Positions 45,147 to 64,000 of a DNA stretch of 64,000 bases are shown piece after piece. The notes under the pieces were generated by a model that was not told the origin of the DNA, searched no databases, and was given only the letters and a program-made list of their open reading frames with translations. The DNA is taken from positions 4,526,001-4,590,000 of the forward strand of contig OX597833.1 in NCBI GenBank assembly GCA_951406725.2, in the 5' to 3' direction. A program made the position numbers and the translations under genes. Origin of the DNA: Octopus vulgaris. Taxonomy: Eukaryota. Positions within the stretch are counted from its first letter, which is position 1. Each line of letters begins with the position of its first letter.

Positions 45147-46019
45147 ATCGGCCACGACTACAATTTTACTGTTTGACTGGTCTAGTGTTAGGAAGGGCGT
45201 CCAGCTGTAGAAACATTGCAGATCAGATTGGAGCCTGGTGCAGCCACTGGCTCTCCAGACCTTAGTCAAACCGTACAACCCATTCCAGCATGGAAAACAG
45301 ACATTAAATGATGATGCTGTTTCATTCAGGCACTGCTTCTACAGCTGGATGCCCTCCCTAACACCAACAAGTCAACAGAGTGTACTCAGTGCATTTTACC
45401 ATGATATCAGCACCAAAGCCCTCAACAACTAGAAAGCAATCCAAAGCAGGCGCTGGCGTCGGGTACAGTCCTCTGGTTCATCATCATCATCATCGTTTAA
45501 CGTCCGTTCTCCATGCTAGCATGGGTTGGACAGTTCGACCGGGGATCTGGGAAGCCAGAAGGCTGCACCAGGCTCCAGTCTTATCTGGCAATGTTTCCAC
45601 AGCTGGATACCCTTCCTAATGCCAACCACTCCGTGAGTGTAGTGGGTGCTTTTTACGTGCCACCGGCACAGGTGCCAGGCGAGGCTGGCAACGGCCACGG
45701 TCGGATTGGTGCATTTTACTTGCCACCGGCACGGAAGCCAATCGAGGAGGCACTGGCTTCGGCCACGATTCGGATGCTCGTCAGTTCATATTAAACCCTC
45801 CAACAGATGCCAGCATGGAACAGGGTCATTGAATGAGTATGATGTCTGAAACTGGTTCCATTAAAACAATCAACACTTTTATGCATTACAATGAGGTTGA
45901 AATAAAAATCAAGACAAAACAGTTTTAGATAAAAATTTTGATTTTCTTTTATATATAAAGGAAGTTTACAATAGCTTTCTGCATAAAATCAAAATCCTGT
46001 ACATTGCTTCAAAGATGTT

Positions 46020-46025
46020 TTTATT
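46020..46025 (-). terminator. Candidate TMEM209 polyadenylation signal AATAAA
   Basis: AATAAA on the minus strand about 1.2 kb after the stop, followed by a U/GU-rich stretch; alternative sites possible. Confidence 0.3.
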
Positions 46026-46154
46026 ACACACACAGACACACACACATTTCCATGAGATTAATTCTAAACAACCTCAAAGAAAAGTTGTGTACAAAAATAC
46101 ATTTTCTTCTGTAGCAATACTGTCTCCCACTAACAACACTTTGTACCTCCCTTA

Positions 46155-46578
46155 TATATATATATATATATACATACATACATACACATATACACACAAA
46201 CATATATGCATACATACATATATGCATACATATATACACACATACATATATGCATACATACATACATACATATATATATACATACATACATATACATACA
46301 TACATACATATATATACATACATACATATATGCATACATATAAATACATACATACACATACATACATACATATATACATACATATAAATACATACACATA
46401 CATACATACATATATACATACATATATACATATACATACATACACACAAACACACATACATACATATATGCATACATACATACATATGCACATACATATA
46501 TACATACATATATATAGATACATATATACATACATATATACATACATACATACATACACAAACACACATACACACATA
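46155..46578. repeat. Compound (TA)/(TACA)n microsatellite in TMEM209 3' region
   Basis: About 420 bp of TA/CA repeats; source of the spurious YI/MC-rich ORFs. Confidence 0.9.
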
Positions 46579-47211
46579 GATATTTATAAGGGAGGCACAA
46601 TAAAGTGTGACACCAAATTTGGGCTCTTTAGTGGCATCCACAATCCACTCTGGCATCTTGTATAGAAATGCATGAAGCACCAAACTCAGTTTTCACACTT
46701 CATTGCAGATGAAATAGAAGCTACTGGGGATTGGCTGAGAAATTTTGTCACTCCCTCCACATTCGCCCACCCTTGGGCCTTCAGATCTCCACCCACCTCC
46801 GTTTCACCCTCTTTGAAATTCCCTGAAGAAGGTGTAAGAATTTTTGCCAGTAAAGACAGGAAATTCTTTGAGCAAGAAATAATGGATCAGCCCACCAGAT
46901 GGCAGCAGGATTCTGGAACGAAATGGTAATTATATCATTTGTAGAGTATAACACACTGTCTTTAAAATTTGTGTCTGATTTTTGCTTTAAAAACCCCCAA
47001 AATAGACGTTTTAGCCAACCCAATATATAAATGAAGAGAGAGCGAGGAAGAAAGTCAAAAAATTGATATTGGTTCTTTGGAAGACAGAAGCAGTGAGAAG
47101 TATTTCTTGTACACAGGTGTGCAACATTGTGATGATGTAAATGCACCTGAGTCGTGAGTTCAGTCCCAGGTAGGAACATCCAGCAAGGAAGGTGATGGGT
47201 GATACGGTGCT

Positions 47212-63685
<16,474 letters not shown>

Positions 63686-64000
63686 CTGTGGAAAGAAGCA
63701 AGATGTTTAGTGAGAAATATCTCAACATAATAGAAACACGTGGAGATTTTTTTAAAGAATATTTTATCAACAGAACAGGTAATTAAAACAGATTGAACTT
63801 TACCAAACTCATCTTTTGTGTTACAATTAATTCCTGATAGGAAGGTTTGTAGAAGAGTTTGACATTTTTGGTATTTGCTTTGCCAGAGAAAACATTTCTT
63901 CTCTTCCTTACTCCCAGATAAAAAGGTACAGTTTAATAACTGAAAATATAAAATTTTTCTCTCCACACAGTAGTTGGCATTAGGAAGGGCATCCAGCCGT

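Noticed and set aside
46015-46683. Long ORFs of 141-219 aa rich in Y/I/H/T or M/Y/V/C
   Set aside because: Translations of a TA/TACA microsatellite; no coding signal.

Overview
Eukaryotic, AT-rich, repeat-dense genomic DNA. The SINE/MITE/microsatellite landscape and gene structure look like an octopus (coleoid cephalopod) genome; this is inferred, not database-confirmed. Two multi-exon genes lie in tandem on the minus strand. NOMO (nodal modulator; ER BOS complex) runs from ATG 40512 through 26 GT-AG exons in consistent phase down to 1130 (1005 codons), with the C-terminus off the left edge. TMEM209 (nuclear-envelope protein) has 14 exons from 63685 to the stop at 47212, with the N-terminus off the right edge. 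Introns and the intergenic region hold several tRNA-derived SINE families, RTE-derived repeats, LINE 3' fragments (R4/Dong, CR1, RTE, RTE-X), DNA-transposon derivatives (piggyBac, mariner/Tc1, hAT, pogo, Helitron) and microsatellites. The most interesting unannotated signal is a set of about 9 short hammerhead-ribozyme-like motifs of the minimal, Penelope-associated type I architecture, often inside TA-flanked or fold-back elements. One palindromic pair has the core GUGAACA, i.e. a compensatory G3:C8 swap of the conserved C3:G8 pair. About a dozen long hairpins also occur, and one has a target-site duplication indicating it formed in a single retrotransposition event. Almost all ORFs in the supplied track are artefacts of repeats or exon read-through.
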